Notes under the pieces: model-generated
The model's input: only the letters and a program-made list of their open reading frames with translations
The model's database searches: none
Told to the model about the DNA's origin: nothing
In this document: positions 10,280 to 21,658 of the stretch, piece by piece
How the letters are laid out: each line of letters opens with the position of its first letter
Numbering within the stretch: the first letter of the stretch is position 1
Source: an uncultured Acidobacteriaceae bacterium
Lineage (GTDB): Bacteria > Acidobacteriota > Terriglobia > Terriglobales > Acidobacteriaceae
Direction: 5' to 3'
Assembly: GCA_963841365.1 (NCBI GenBank)
Contig: CAWJDG010000032.1
Coordinates: 25,339 to 89,338, forward strand
DNA length: 64,000 nucleotides
Translations under genes and position numbers: made by a program

Positions 10280-11344
10280 ATGAAGACCATCCGCGGAATA
10301 TTCTTTGGAGGCATCATGATGGCTGCAGTTGCTTCGGCACAACAGCCTCAGCCTCGCCACTGGGCGATCGTCGTCCACGGTGGCGCGGGTGACATCGCTC
10401 GCGCCAAGCTGGGCTCGGCGGGCGATGCGGCCTATCGCGACTCCCTCGCCAAAGTTGTTCAGGCTGGTGCTGCGGTGCTCGCCCGCGGCGGTTCGTCGCT
10501 CGACGCCGTTGAAGCAGCCATCCATGTCCTCGAAGACGATCCGCTCTTCAACGCCGGTCGCGGTGCGGTCTTTGCCTCCGACGGCACGAACGAGATGGAC
10601 TCGGCCATCATGGACGGTGCAACCCTCCGCGCCGGGGCTGTGGCCGACGTTACGCGCACTCGCCATCCCATCAGCCTGGCGCGCGCAGTCATGGAAAAGA
10701 CCCCATACGTGCTCCTCGTTGGCCCGGGTGCCGACGCTTTTTCCGTTCAGGCCGGTTTGGAACAGGAGCCGCCCAGTTTCTTTTTTACTGAGAGCCGCTG
10801 GCAGTCTCTCGTAAAGCAATTGCAGAAGGAAGGCAAGCCAATTCCGTCGCGTCCAACCGGTGCTCCGCCGCCGGGCCTCCCTGCGCCGGTTGCACAATGG
10901 CAGGAGTCGGCAGATACGCACAACTACGGCACGGTCGGCGTGGTCGCGCTCGATAAGCAGGGCAACATCGCCGCGGGTACTTCGACGGGCGGCTTGCAGG
11001 CCAAGATGCCGGGCCGCGTGGGCGACTCGCCTCTCATCGGCGCCGGCACCTACGCGTCCAATCAGTCCTGCGCCGTCTCCGGCACCGGCGTCGGCGAATA
11101 CTTTATTCGCTACACCGTCGCCCGCGACATCTGCGGCCTGGTCCAGTACAAGGGCCTCACCTTGCAGCAGGCCGCTGACGAGGTCATCCACACGAAACTC
11201 GCACCCATCCATGGCGATGGCGGCGTTATCGCCATTGCACCCGACGGCCAGCTCGCCTGGAGTTTCAACACTCCCGGCATGTTCCGCGGACGGCAGGTGG
11301 AAGGCGGCAATATCGAGGTCCACATCTACAACGACGAGCCGTAA
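10280..11344 (+). CDS. iaaA: Isoaspartyl peptidase / L-asparaginase type 2
   Basis: IVVHGGAG, GTVGVVALD autoproteolysis site, GRVGDSPLIGAG. Confidence 0.9.
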   Translation: MKTIRGIFFGGIMMAAVASAQQPQPRHWAIVVHGGAGDIARAKLGSAGDAAYRDSLAKVVQAGAAVLARGGSSLDAVEAAIHVLEDDPLFNAGRGAVFASDGTNEMDSAIMDGATLRAGAVADVTRTRHPISLARAVMEKTPYVLLVGPGADAFSVQAGLEQEPPSFFFTESRWQSLVKQLQKEGKPIPSRPTGAPPPGLPAPVAQWQESADTHNYGTVGVVALDKQGNIAAGTSTGGLQAKMPGRVGDSPLIGAGTYASNQSCAVSGTGVGEYFIRYTVARDICGLVQYKGLTLQQAADEVIHTKLAPIHGDGGVIAIAPDGQLAWSFNTPGMFRGRQVEGGNIEVHIYNDEP

Positions 11345-11412
11345 TTCGGGTTGTGCGCCCGGACCGGAGACCTGCTGCATTTCAGAATCGCGACTTCGAA
11401 TAAACTGAGTCC

Positions 11413-11961
11413 ATGGCGCTTCAGTTCACCACTTCCTACATCGAAGACGCTGTCTCCCTCTTCCGCTATTACAAGCGGCTTGCTGAGCGTGCCATGGAAC
11501 AGGTCAGCGATGAACAGCTCTTCACCGTTCTCGACCCAGAGGCCAACTCCATCGCCGTCATCGTGAAGCACATGGCAGGCAACATGCGCTCTCGCTGGAC
11601 CGACTTTCTGACCGCAGACGGCGAAAAACCGAACCGTGACCGAGACACCGAGTTCATCGATCCGCCCGCAATGCGCGAGAGCCTGATGGCAGATTGGGAG
11701 AATGGCTGGAACTGTCTCTTCGCAGCGCTTGAGCCGCTCACCGATGCGGATCTCAGCCGGACCGTCACCATCCGCGGAGAAGCGCACTCCGTCATGCAGG
11801 CTATCAACCGCCAGTTGGCGCATTACCCCCATCACTTGGGGCAGATTGTCTTTTTGGCGAAACATTTTGCGTGCGACCGCTGGCAATCCCTCAGTGTGCC
11901 CCGCAATCAGTCAGCCGCGTTCAACCGAAGGGTGGCGGCAAGCGAGGCGAGCCAAAGGTAA
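11413..11961 (+). CDS. DUF1572 / DinB-like protein
   Basis: NSIAVIVKHMAGNMRSRWTDFL, RQLAHYPHHLGQI. Confidence 0.85.
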   Translation: MALQFTTSYIEDAVSLFRYYKRLAERAMEQVSDEQLFTVLDPEANSIAVIVKHMAGNMRSRWTDFLTADGEKPNRDRDTEFIDPPAMRESLMADWENGWNCLFAALEPLTDADLSRTVTIRGEAHSVMQAINRQLAHYPHHLGQIVFLAKHFACDRWQSLSVPRNQSAAFNRRVAASEASQR

Positions 11962-12050
11962 GCTGTCGGCAATCTCCGCGCACTGCGAGGTCGCTGCAAC
12001 TACGCATTTTCGCCCGGCCCCGGATCGTCACCCGCTGATCCCGCCCAGTG

Positions 12051-12629
12051 CTACTCGACCGCCTCAAACCGTTCTTGCGAACAGCGGCACACCGGGCAGA
12101 TTTCATCCTCGTGGGCCGTCTCCGCTGTGTATCCGCACACCGGGCAAACAAAGAACTCCCGGGCGACCTCGATCCATGAGTCCCTCCTACCAGCTTCGAG
12201 CAGAGCGATGACTTCCGCATACAGCCGCGCATGGGCCTTCTCTGCCTCCAGGGCCCAGGCGAAGGTGCGAGTCACGGCTAGGTTCCTGCGTTTCCTCGCT
12301 TCCGCAAGAACCCCGGGATACATTGCGGTGATCTCATGCTCCTCGCTTTCGAGCGCATCAATCATGTTTTCGAGCGTGCTCTTCACCTTGAATTCGATCG
12401 GCTTGCACCGCGCCTCCACGCCCAGTTGCCTGATCGCGCGGGCATGACTGGCGGCATGAAAGTGCTCGGAACGCGCTGCTGCCCGGCACAAGCTGGCGGC
12501 GCCATGCAGTTCTTCCGCATCGGCCTTCTCGGCAAACGCAAGATACTTCGCCTGCGCGTTCGTCTCGTCTTCAAAAGCTTCCAAAAGATCCTGAACCGCG
12601 AATTCGTTTTCAGCCGAAATCTCTAACAC
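12051..12629 (-). CDS. Rubrerythrin-family protein
   Basis: Diiron ExxH motifs (SEHFHA, AEKAHA) and C-terminal CPVCG...CPVC; GTG start after SD GGAGG. Confidence 0.88.
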   Translation of the reverse strand: MLEISAENEFAVQDLLEAFEDETNAQAKYLAFAEKADAEELHGAASLCRAAARSEHFHAASHARAIRQLGVEARCKPIEFKVKSTLENMIDALESEEHEITAMYPGVLAEARKRRNLAVTRTFAWALEAEKAHARLYAEVIALLEAGRRDSWIEVAREFFVCPVCGYTAETAHEDEICPVCRCSQERFEAVE

Positions 12630-12790
12630 CCGGTTTCCTCCCCGTTCTGGAAGAGTCCTCGTTCTCACGTTGCTCCAAAGGCTACGCGCGCAAGTCACCT
12701 GCGGCTGTGATCTAGCCCACACGCCTCCAGCCCGCCCCAATCGCCGGCCATACAGCCACTTGCGCCGCGCGTCCCTGTAGAATGTTTCGA

Positions 12791-14149
12791 ATGGAGACCA
12801 TTCAATACAACCTGCCGCAGAGCAGCATTCCCCGGGCCTGGTACAACATTCTTCCCGATCTGCCTAAGCCCTTGGCTCCGCCTCTGCATCCAGGCACCCT
12901 TCAGCCCATCGGTCCCGCTGACCTCGCGCCTTTGTTTCCCATGGGTCTCATCCTTCAGGAAGTCAGCGCCGAGCATGAAATCGAGATTCCCGAAGAGGTA
13001 CGGCAGATTTATGCACAATGGCGCCCTTCGCCGCTGATGCGTGCGCGGCGCCTTGAAAAAGCTCTCGATACGCCGGCGCGAATTTATTACAAGTACGAAG
13101 GCGTCAGCCCGGCCGGCTCGCACAAGCTCAATACTGCCGTCGCGCAGGTGTATTACAACAAGCAGGAAGGCGTCAAACATCTTTCCACTGAGACCGGTGC
13201 CGGCCAGTGGGGCTCCGCGCTCGCCATGGCCTGCGCCTTTCTCGGCCTCGACTGCAAAGTCTTCATGGTGCGCGTCAGCTACGACCAGAAACCCTATCGC
13301 CGCGCCCTCATGGAAGCCTTCGGCGCGTCGGTCACCGCCAGTCCAAGCACGCAGACTGACTCAGGCCGCGCCATTCTCGCTGAGCATCCTCATTCCAACG
13401 GTTCGCTCGGCATCGCCATCTCTGAAGCGGTCGAAGTTGCTGCCAAAGATCCCCATACAAACTACGCTCTCGGTAGCGTGCTGAATCACGTGCTGCTTCA
13501 TCAAACCGTCATCGGACAGGAAGCCATCGAGCAGATGTCCCTTGCTGGCGACGAACCCGACGTCATCATCGGCTGCACCGGCGGCGGCTCGAACTTTGCC
13601 GGGCTGGTCATGCCCTTCTTGGGCCGCAAGATCAAGGGCAAGTGCAACGCGCGCGTCGTCGCCGTCGAGCCTGCCGCCTGCCCCAGCCTCACCAAGGGCC
13701 GCTTCACTTACGACTTCGGCGACACCGGCCACCTCACGCCTCTGGTCAAAATGCACACCCTCGGCAGCACCTTTGTGCCTCCGGGAATTCACGCCGGCGG
13801 CCTGCGCTATCACGGCATGGCGCCACTCGTCTCGCACGTCATCGATCTCGGCCTCGCTGAAGCCACGACCGTCCAGCAGTTGGACGCCTTCGCTGCCGGC
13901 ATTCAATTTGCCCGTGCCGAGGGCATCGTTCCCGCGCCTGAGGCCAACCACGCCATCGCCGAAGCCATTCGTCAGGCCCTCGAAGCTAAAGCGGAAGGCA
14001 AGTCTCGGACCATCCTCTTCAACCTCAGCGGGCATGGTCATTTTGACATGCAATCCTACATCGACTATCAAGCAGGTAAACTAGAGAATTACGACTATCC
14101 GGAGGAAGAAATCGCCATGGCGCTTGCCGGCCTGCCCGCAGTCCCTTGA
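12791..14149 (+). CDS. trpB2: TrpB-like PLP enzyme (TrpB2 type)
   Basis: [35 protein letters not shown]; no adjacent trpA. Confidence 0.93.
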   Translation: METIQYNLPQSSIPRAWYNILPDLPKPLAPPLHPGTLQPIGPADLAPLFPMGLILQEVSAEHEIEIPEEVRQIYAQWRPSPLMRARRLEKALDTPARIYYKYEGVSPAGSHKLNTAVAQVYYNKQEGVKHLSTETGAGQWGSALAMACAFLGLDCKVFMVRVSYDQKPYRRALMEAFGASVTASPSTQTDSGRAILAEHPHSNGSLGIAISEAVEVAAKDPHTNYALGSVLNHVLLHQTVIGQEAIEQMSLAGDEPDVIIGCTGGGSNFAGLVMPFLGRKIKGKCNARVVAVEPAACPSLTKGRFTYDFGDTGHLTPLVKMHTLGSTFVPPGIHAGGLRYHGMAPLVSHVIDLGLAEATTVQQLDAFAAGIQFARAEGIVPAPEANHAIAEAIRQALEAKAEGKSRTILFNLSGHGHFDMQSYIDYQAGKLENYDYPEEEIAMALAGLPAVP

Positions 14150-14428
14150 CCCGCAGCAGTTCTGTTTTCGTGTTTGCTCGTATCTGCTCCCGGTCAGGGC
14201 CTATCCATTCGACTTGTGTCAACGTCCAAGAGCGTTGAAGATAGCAAAGGGCAGATTTACGGCATGCGTCGCAACTCAGCGCAATCAACCCAGGAGGGTG
14301 TGTTTCGGATGAAGATTTGGATGCAGGGCGCGTTACAGCAGTTTCGGAAATTGTGCAGTGTATTCGCCTTATTTGAGCGGACGCCATCCCAGGGAGCGAC
14401 GACCCTGACTGCTGCTGTGACTCACCAC

Positions 14429-15040
14429 ATGATTTCTCGAACTGCGGTTGTCGTCGTCCTGGTCGCCGCAATGTGCGGTGCAGGAGCCAAGGCGCAGACC
14501 GATGCAGCGTTGAGCGGTTTCGCGACCTTCACCAGCGCCACCAGCGGATTCGGCACCCAGCAAACGCCGCACAACTCCGAGGGCGCCCTGCTTGAAGTGC
14601 GCCATATCGTCAATCCACTTGTCGGCTTCGAATTCGCTTACTCCTTCAATCTGGCGAATCAGTCCTATGCTCCAAAGGCCGGTGCCTGCGGATTCGTTTG
14701 CGGCCAACCGCCGCTCACCGTCAATGGTGACGCCAGCCAGGTCGGCGCAAATTGGGTGGTCTCAGTCAAGAAAGGAAACTTCCGGCCATTTGCTCTAGGC
14801 GGTGCAGGTTTTCTCATCACCTTGCCCACCGGAACCAGCCCGTACACAATCAACACCGTCGTTAGACCGGTCTTCGTTTACGGTGCTGGTTTCGATTGGA
14901 GTTTTACCTCGCATTTAGGCCTGCGGCTGCAGGTCCGGGGCAACACGAGCAAGGCTCCCAATCTCTCTAACCTTTACCCCTCCACCACTGCGTATACCCA
15001 GATCTACGAGCCAATGGGTGGCGTGTTCTACCGCTTCTGA
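14429..15040 (+). CDS. Small outer-membrane beta-barrel protein (paralog 1)
   Basis: Signal peptide, alternating beta strands, YGAGFDW, C-terminal aromatic YRF. Confidence 0.75.
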   Translation: MISRTAVVVVLVAAMCGAGAKAQTDAALSGFATFTSATSGFGTQQTPHNSEGALLEVRHIVNPLVGFEFAYSFNLANQSYAPKAGACGFVCGQPPLTVNGDASQVGANWVVSVKKGNFRPFALGGAGFLITLPTGTSPYTINTVVRPVFVYGAGFDWSFTSHLGLRLQVRGNTSKAPNLSNLYPSTTAYTQIYEPMGGVFYRF

Positions 15041-15259
15041 CACCGTAGCTTAAAACTCCAACTGTTCCCCGAAACGCGCTCTCGCGCGGCCTGAAGCAAC
15101 GCTCGTGCATCTGGGCGTGGATCTCTTGCTTTTTCTTCGGGGCGGTCTAAACACCTCGTGCTCACCTGCGCTGGATTCCCGCATCCAAAACATCAACACG
15201 CGCGGCCAAGAGCAGATCGCCCGGCCGCGAGATCCCAATGATCGGAGGCAATGTTAGAT

Positions 15260-15865
15260 ATGAAAAAGAAATCCGCATTCGCGATCTTGTTCCTCGCCTT
15301 TTTTCAGTGCGGCGGCGCAGCCGCAAACGCGCAGACTTCCGTCGGCGTAAGCCTCTATGGTGCTTTCAGCGGCACAACCAACGGAAATGGCGTCCAGGAG
15401 AGCCCATCCAACTCCGCGGGTGGTTTCTTCGAGTTGCGCCATATTTCGAATCCTATCCTCGGATGGGAAGCTACCTATTCTTACAATCGAGCCAACCAGA
15501 CCTATACGGTCTGCGGCACGATTAACCCGCTGTGCCAAAGACAATCGATTTCGGCCGACGCCCATGAGATTACCGGCGATTGGGTCCCCTCGATTCATAT
15601 TTCAAATCTAAGGCCCTTTGGTGTCCTCGGTGTGGGTCTCCTGTTGAGCGAACCAACGGGCAGCCAAAGCAATACCACCAGCTCGAATCAGGCGGTTTAC
15701 GTTTATGGTGCCGGTCTGGATTGGGGGCTGCTTCCGCACCTGGGTCTTCGCTTCCAATATCGCGGCAATCTTTATAAGGCGCCCGATGTCGCCAGGCTCT
15801 ACACTTCGACAAATGCATTCACACACACCGCAGAACCCATGATCGGCGCCTACTTCAGTTTCTAG
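15260..15865 (+). CDS. Small outer-membrane beta-barrel protein (paralog 2)
   Basis: Signal peptide; shares RHI.NP..G.E..YS.N.ANQ.Y, RPF, YGAG.DW, HLGLR.Q.RGN..KAP with paralog 1; ends FSF. Confidence 0.8.
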   Translation: MKKKSAFAILFLAFFQCGGAAANAQTSVGVSLYGAFSGTTNGNGVQESPSNSAGGFFELRHISNPILGWEATYSYNRANQTYTVCGTINPLCQRQSISADAHEITGDWVPSIHISNLRPFGVLGVGLLLSEPTGSQSNTTSSNQAVYVYGAGLDWGLLPHLGLRFQYRGNLYKAPDVARLYTSTNAFTHTAEPMIGAYFSF

Positions 15866-16229
15866 CTGCCCCGATCCGCAACTTCAGATCTTCCATCGAC
15901 GCAAGAAACCAGACGTCGTCACGCTCGTTTGACTCGCGGATGAAGTCGCGCAAGGCCTTGCTCTCGGCCGCAAGAGCGGATGTGTCGCCAATAATCGCGA
16001 TCGGAACCTGATAGGTCACGAACTTCTGCAGGAATCCACCAGCCACGCCGGTCCGGAGCTGAAAAAACTCCGGATCGAGCCTCTCCACCGGCACAACCAC
16101 CATCTCCGCACCAGCCGAGCGCACTTCGCCGATCAGGTCGATGGCTGCCTGCGGGCCCCGCAGCAAAGCCCCCTCGGCAGGGCAGACAAAAACTCTCCGC
16201 CTTTCGATGGCAACCAGATTCTGTGTCAT
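15855..16229 (-). CDS. DUF4180 domain protein
   Basis: FFQLRTGVAGGFLQKFVTY...LRDFIRESN. Confidence 0.85.
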   Translation of the reverse strand: MTQNLVAIERRRVFVCPAEGALLRGPQAAIDLIGEVRSAGAEMVVVPVERLDPEFFQLRTGVAGGFLQKFVTYQVPIAIIGDTSALAAESKALRDFIRESNERDDVWFLASMEDLKLRIGAARN

Positions 16230-16249
16230 GGGTTTTCGTTTCGGATTTC

Positions 16250-16837
16250 TCAGCGCCCGGAGATCAGCATCAGCGGATCGGGTCTCACCCGGCATGCTTG
16301 TCCCTCGGCGATCTTCCATACCGAGCCGTCGCTGTAGACCATCGATTTCAAATCGATCCTTTCCACCGCGCTCATCCCCGGAACCCAGATCCTCGCAATT
16401 GCAGTCTGATCGGGTCCAGCAACAAACGAAACGTCGAGCGTCTGCGTTGCATCCGGTGAACCCGCTCCCTTTGACTGCGCCTGTGTCATGCGTCCGATGG
16501 GCGTCAGGCCGTTAACCGTCACCGTCGCCTTCGCAATCTGTTTCGCATCCCGGCTCGTGAGCGATAAATTCAACCACTGACCCATTCCTTTTGGGTGAGC
16601 ATTGTTCGTCTTCACCATGCTTCCGTCGGCAAGATGATCCGCACGCATCGTTACCGGGCATCCATCGTTTGCTTCCCGCGGCTGAACGATGGCGACGGCG
16701 TTCGTTTGATGTCCTGCTCCAGCCGGCGTCGAGTCATGGAACTGGATCACGTGTCCCGAAGTTTGGCCCGCGCCTTGCGCACTCAGCGTCGCCGCGCCCA
16801 GCATCAGAGTAATGACAACCACGAATCCGGTTTTCAT
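16250..16837 (-). CDS. Secreted hypothetical protein
   Basis: Signal peptide MKTGFVVVITLMLGAATLSA, SD AAGGAGG, two Cys. Confidence 0.7.
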   Translation of the reverse strand: MKTGFVVVITLMLGAATLSAQGAGQTSGHVIQFHDSTPAGAGHQTNAVAIVQPREANDGCPVTMRADHLADGSMVKTNNAHPKGMGQWLNLSLTSRDAKQIAKATVTVNGLTPIGRMTQAQSKGAGSPDATQTLDVSFVAGPDQTAIARIWVPGMSAVERIDLKSMVYSDGSVWKIAEGQACRVRPDPLMLISGR

Positions 16838-17191
16838 TCGAGCCTCCTTTCCACTTGCACGTCACGAAATCAAGGCCACTCTATCGACGTTACGCATCCG
16901 GTTCCGTCGCGTCTGATCCCGCCCCGGCCTCATTCCATGCGGTGAATGCACATCACAACACTCGCCTTCAGCACATCAACAAAATACTCCCGCGCCTTGC
17001 CCGAAGCAACTGGTGCCTTCCGTCTCGCACCCATTCCAGATCATTCGGACTCCTCCGCCTCGCTGTGTTACCGTTTCAATACGGCGTCAGTGGGCCGGAC
17101 GAGCCTTCCCGCGTCCGGTGACAACGGTCGGCGATGGACGGCAAGTGATTGCGATGCACAAACATCGGGGACGGTGGACAGAAGCAAACCA

Positions 17192-17563
17192 ATGCGCCAG
17201 CAGCCGGATTCGTCATCGTCGACGCTCGCTTTGAGCCCGGCTCCCGCGCCTGAGCAGTCATCGGACTCTGCGCCCGACGCCACACCCTCTCCGCAAGCCG
17301 ACGCCAACCACCCCCATCGGGTTCCTCGCTGGCTTGAACGCACAGAATTGTTTCTGCGCGTCATGTTGCGCATGTATATCGGAATCGCCATCTGCTACGC
17401 GCCGTGGTCGCACACATTCTGGGATCAGAATCCGATCTTCCTGCAATACCCTATGGTCGGCAACATTGCCGCCAACGGCGCGGTCCGCGGCATCGTCTCC
17501 GGGCTAGGTCTTTTGAATTTGTGGATAGCGTTTCACGATGCCATTCGTCATCGGGATGGTTGA
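17192..17563 (+). CDS. Hypothetical membrane protein
   Basis: Low-complexity N-terminus then two hydrophobic segments; ends 3 nt before the LOG gene. Confidence 0.6.
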   Translation: MRQQPDSSSSTLALSPAPAPEQSSDSAPDATPSPQADANHPHRVPRWLERTELFLRVMLRMYIGIAICYAPWSHTFWDQNPIFLQYPMVGNIAANGAVRGIVSGLGLLNLWIAFHDAIRHRDG

Positions 17564-17566
17564 GAG

Positions 17567-18718
17567 ATGAACGACAGAGAAAAACCAACAGGCGCGCTCG
17601 CCGGTTCCGGGACCAGCGAACAGAAAGCAGATCATGCTGCCTCAGCCAAAACCGTTGCTGATGCCGCGTCGTCGCCATCAATGGCTTCCGGCCCAGCGCC
17701 TCGCGCCGTCATTCCGGGAAATGGTGCGCCTCCGCCCCTGGAGTGTGCGCCGCTCGCCTATGAAAATTCCGCGTTCCTGAACAGCCCCGACGGACGCCTC
17801 ATTCGCATCGTGTCGGAGTTTCTTGAACCGCTATCTCGCTTCCGCCGTGAGCAAATTCAGGACACGGTTGTCTTCTTCGGCTCCGCGCGTTTTCGTGGAC
17901 GAGAAGAAGCCGATCATGCGCTGGAACTTCTCGATAACACTGGCTCCACGCAACCGGCTCCCAGCGAAGAGCAACCCGCTAGGGCTCTCGAGATCGCGGA
18001 AGGCAAGGCCACCGATCTGCAGCGCAAACGCGCTGTGGCCGCAGTCGAGATGGCCCGCTACTATGAGGACGCGCGGCGTCTGGCGCAACTCCTCACGCAA
18101 TGGGCCAAGACCATTCCCTCGCGTAAACATCGCTTCGTGGTCACCTCCGGCGGTGGTCCCGGCATCATGGAAGCAGCCAATCGCGGCGCCTATGAAGTCG
18201 GCGGCAAAACCATCGGCATGAATATTTTGCTGCCCTTTGAGCAGAGGCCCAATCCCTACATCACGCCCTCGCTCAACTTTGAGTTTCACTACTTCTTCAT
18301 GCGCAAGCTCTGGTTCGCCTACCTTTCAAAAGCGCTCGTCGTCTTTCCGGGCGGCTTCGGCACGCTCGACGAGATGTTTGAGATCCTCACGCTGGCACAG
18401 ACTCAGAAACTCGCCAAAAAGATCACTGTGCTTATCTACGGTCCCGAGTACTGGAAGAAAGTCTTCAACCTTGAAGCGTTGGTCGATACTGGCGCAATCT
18501 CACCCAAGGACATCGACCTGTTCCAGTATGCCGACTCGCCTGAGCAGGCCTTTGAGCTGCTCAAGAAAGGCCTCACAGAGAACTATCTGGCCGCTGAGGC
18601 AGCCACCGCTGCGGCTGCTCACCCCGAGATCAAAAAGAATGCTCGCGAAGAAGATCTGATGGCGGGCTGGAACGCAGACGATTTTCTCGGCCCGGAACTC
18701 GCCAAAACCCGGAAGTGA
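17567..18718 (+). CDS. LOG-family (TIGR00730) nucleotide phosphoribohydrolase
   Basis: VFFGSAR, GGGPGIMEAANRGA, PGGFGTLDE. Confidence 0.9.
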   Translation: MNDREKPTGALAGSGTSEQKADHAASAKTVADAASSPSMASGPAPRAVIPGNGAPPPLECAPLAYENSAFLNSPDGRLIRIVSEFLEPLSRFRREQIQDTVVFFGSARFRGREEADHALELLDNTGSTQPAPSEEQPARALEIAEGKATDLQRKRAVAAVEMARYYEDARRLAQLLTQWAKTIPSRKHRFVVTSGGGPGIMEAANRGAYEVGGKTIGMNILLPFEQRPNPYITPSLNFEFHYFFMRKLWFAYLSKALVVFPGGFGTLDEMFEILTLAQTQKLAKKITVLIYGPEYWKKVFNLEALVDTGAISPKDIDLFQYADSPEQAFELLKKGLTENYLAAEAATAAAAHPEIKKNAREEDLMAGWNADDFLGPELAKTRK

Positions 18719-19112
18719 ATCAACCCCCGCCCTAATCGTTACTCTCACACTGCATGTCGCGTGTAAGGTCTCGCGCAGACGCCCGTTCGACGTTTTCCCA
18801 TTTCGCTTCGTCATTTCACCGATAATTCACACAGCACGCCGGGCCTTAGAGTTCGTTTGGAAACCGACGTGTTCAGCGCACGCAAGATCCCAAGCCAAGT
18901 ACGAAATTTCGTATTTCAGAGATTCCGCACTATCCCCTGAAAATCAACAGACTTTTGCCTATACCTCCCGGTATTTTGGTAACTTCTTTGATTCCATCCC
19001 GGCATCAATTGAAGGGCATTTCGCACGCTCTTAACCGGATATTCACTACTCAAACCAGATACTAGCTGTGGAAATCCGGACAGATTGAGAGCCGAAAGAT
19101 CGAGGAGCGCAA

Positions 19113-20273
19113 ATGCCTGCTTCATCCATCTCGTATCTGTGGCGCGACACGGATGCCCCCAGGGGCTTTCGGACCGGTGTTTCGCTGCACAGCCATACCA
19201 ATCAGTCGCGCGAGACTCTTGGATTTCCTGGCCAACTTCGGCAACCAATACCCAGTGATGCGTCCCCTGCTCTCGCGGCTGGAGCGCCGCGCCGAGCAGA
19301 TGCATGGCATGCGCATCAATTACGCCGCCAGCTACTGGACGCCGCCCATGACTCCCAAGCTGGCCTTCGATCTTGAAACCCGGCAGATCGAAAAGCTTGA
19401 CCTGGCGCCATGGTCTCCATCACCGACCACGACACCATCAAGGCCCCCATGCTTCTGCGCACCGTGCCCAGCGCGCGGCAGATTCCGGTCTCGGTGGAGT
19501 GGAGCGCGCCCTACGGTGGCGTGCAGTCCTTCCATCTGGGCGTGCACAACCTGCCCAGCGCTCGCGCGGCCGAGTGGATGGCAACGCTCGGGGAGTTTAC
19601 CGGCAATCCCAGCGATGCGCGCCTCACCGAGATTCTCGCCGCGCTGCACCACGAGCCGAACGTGCTGGTGGTCTTCAACCACCCCATGTGGGACCTCTAT
19701 CTGGTCGGCAAAGAAAAGCATCAATTCCTGGTCAACGAGTTCCTGCAGAAAAACGGCGCGTTTCTTCACGCGCTGGAGCTGAACGGTCTGCGCCATTGGG
19801 ATGAAAACCGTGCCGTTCGGCGCCTGGCCGAAAAGTGGAACATGTTGCTCATCGCCGGCGGCGATCGTCATGGCGTGGAACCGAACGCCAACATCAATCT
19901 GACGAACTCCTCCAGCTTTACAGAGTTTGTCCACGAGGTGCGCCGCGAGAAAAAGAGTAACGTCCTCTTCCTTCCCCAATATGCCGAGCCGTGGAAGCAT
20001 CGCATTCTGCAGTCGACCATCGATGCCGTGCGCCACTATCCGGAGTTTCCGCAGGGCTCGCGATCATGGGACGACCGCGTCTTCCACCCCGACGCCGATG
20101 GTGTGATTCGTCCTCTGAGCGAGATTTGGCCGAAACGATCGGCGCCACGAGCCATCAGCGCCGTGATTGCCATGGTGCAACTCATGGGGCAAGGACTGGT
20201 TGCCGGTGGTCTGCGCATGGCGTGGAGCGAATCGCACCAGCTGCGTCTGACCTTGGGCGAGCCCGAGTTTTGA
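19113..20273 (+). CDS. PHP-domain metallohydrolase, split by two frameshifts (~19220, ~19408)
   Basis: SLHSHT in the first frame, continuation DFLANFG...EKLDLAP in a second frame, then SITDHD, FNHP, GGDRHG. Confidence 0.7.
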
Positions 20274-20390
20274 ATGGGTGCGCATTACGCGCTGAATCAG
20301 AAAGAACGGCCGCGGAATCCATGCGCCCTCTACTAACTCCGCGAACTCCGCTGACTCGCTGACTTGCCAACTTGCCGTCTCGCTAACGTG

Positions 20391-21590
20391 ATGACCCCTC
20401 CCGTCCCGCGCGTCGCATACTTCCCTGACTCGTTCCATGAAGTCAACGGCGTCGCGCACACCAGCCGCCATTTTGAAGCCTTTGCCCGCCGCCGGAATCT
20501 TCCCTTCCTCTGCGTACGCGCCGGCGGCCGCGCTCAGGCTGTCATCCAGGACGGCAATGTGTGGACTCTCGAACTACCGCGCGGCTTTCTCTCTTTCCCC
20601 CTCGAAAAGGATCTCCGCCTCGATCCCGCGTTCTTGCGTCACATCCCGCTGATCGGCCGGGTGCTCAAGCAATTCCACCCCGACCTGATTCACATCACTG
20701 GCCCGAGCGAGGTAGGAATTTTGGGAGCATGGCTGGCGCACCACTTCCGTCTGCCACTCGCCGCCAGTTGGCACACCAACGTCCACGAGTACGCTGCCCG
20801 CCGCGCCAATTGGTTCCTGCGTCTCTTGCCCAGGCAACGGTCCGCCGCCACAGGCCAAAAAATCGAAGACCTGGCCATGGCAACCGCGGCCAAATTCTAT
20901 TCCATCGCGCAAGTCCTCTTTGCTCCCAATCCTGAGCTCTGCGCGCTTCTCGAGCGCATTACGGGTCGGCCCTGCCACCTGATGCCGCGTGGCGTTGATG
21001 CGGAGCTCTTTCATCTTGCCAAACGCGATCGTGATCCCCAGGACAGCGACCGGATCCTCGGCTTCGTCGGTCGACTCTCCGTTGAAAAGAACATCGGCCT
21101 TCTCGTACAAATCCAGCACGAGTTCGATCGCATGGGTGTGACGAACACAAGGTTCCTCATCGTCGGTCACGGCGGCGATGAAGCATGGCTGCGCGAGCAC
21201 CTGCCGCAGGCACAGTTCACCGGTGTCCTGCGCGGAGAAGCTCTTGCCACCGCCTACGCCAACATGGACCTCTTCGTTTTCCCCTCGCACACCGACACCT
21301 TTGGCAATGTCGTGCTTGAGGCGCTGGCTAGTGGCGTTCCCGCCATCGTCACCCCCGACGGTGGCCCATGCACCTTCACCCGCGACGGCGTCACCGGCCG
21401 CATCGTGCGCGACGATCAATTCACCGCCGCCATCACCACCGTCCTCGCCGATCCTGGCCGCCTCACGCGGATGCGCCAGGCAGCCCGCGCCTACGCCCTC
21501 ACCGCCAGTTGGGACTCTGTGTTTGAAGGCATCTACGCAGCGTACGAGGGACTCGTACCGTCAGCCAATCGATATTCGGCTGCGGATTGA
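20391..21590 (+). CDS. GT4 glycosyltransferase
   Basis: EVNGVA, FVGRLSVEKN, FPSHTDTFGNVVLEALASG. Confidence 0.9.
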   Translation: MTPPVPRVAYFPDSFHEVNGVAHTSRHFEAFARRRNLPFLCVRAGGRAQAVIQDGNVWTLELPRGFLSFPLEKDLRLDPAFLRHIPLIGRVLKQFHPDLIHITGPSEVGILGAWLAHHFRLPLAASWHTNVHEYAARRANWFLRLLPRQRSAATGQKIEDLAMATAAKFYSIAQVLFAPNPELCALLERITGRPCHLMPRGVDAELFHLAKRDRDPQDSDRILGFVGRLSVEKNIGLLVQIQHEFDRMGVTNTRFLIVGHGGDEAWLREHLPQAQFTGVLRGEALATAYANMDLFVFPSHTDTFGNVVLEALASGVPAIVTPDGGPCTFTRDGVTGRIVRDDQFTAAITTVLADPGRLTRMRQAARAYALTASWDSVFEGIYAAYEGLVPSANRYSAAD

Positions 21591-21658
21591 CGGTGCGCTG
21601 AGCTGTATAACGCTGACTTTGTAACGCAGGCGATCCGCTTCAACACCCGCGCCAATGT

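Noticed and set aside
16942-16958. GGTGA-N7-TCACA as a Crp/Fnr box
   Set aside because: Spacer is 7 nt rather than 6.
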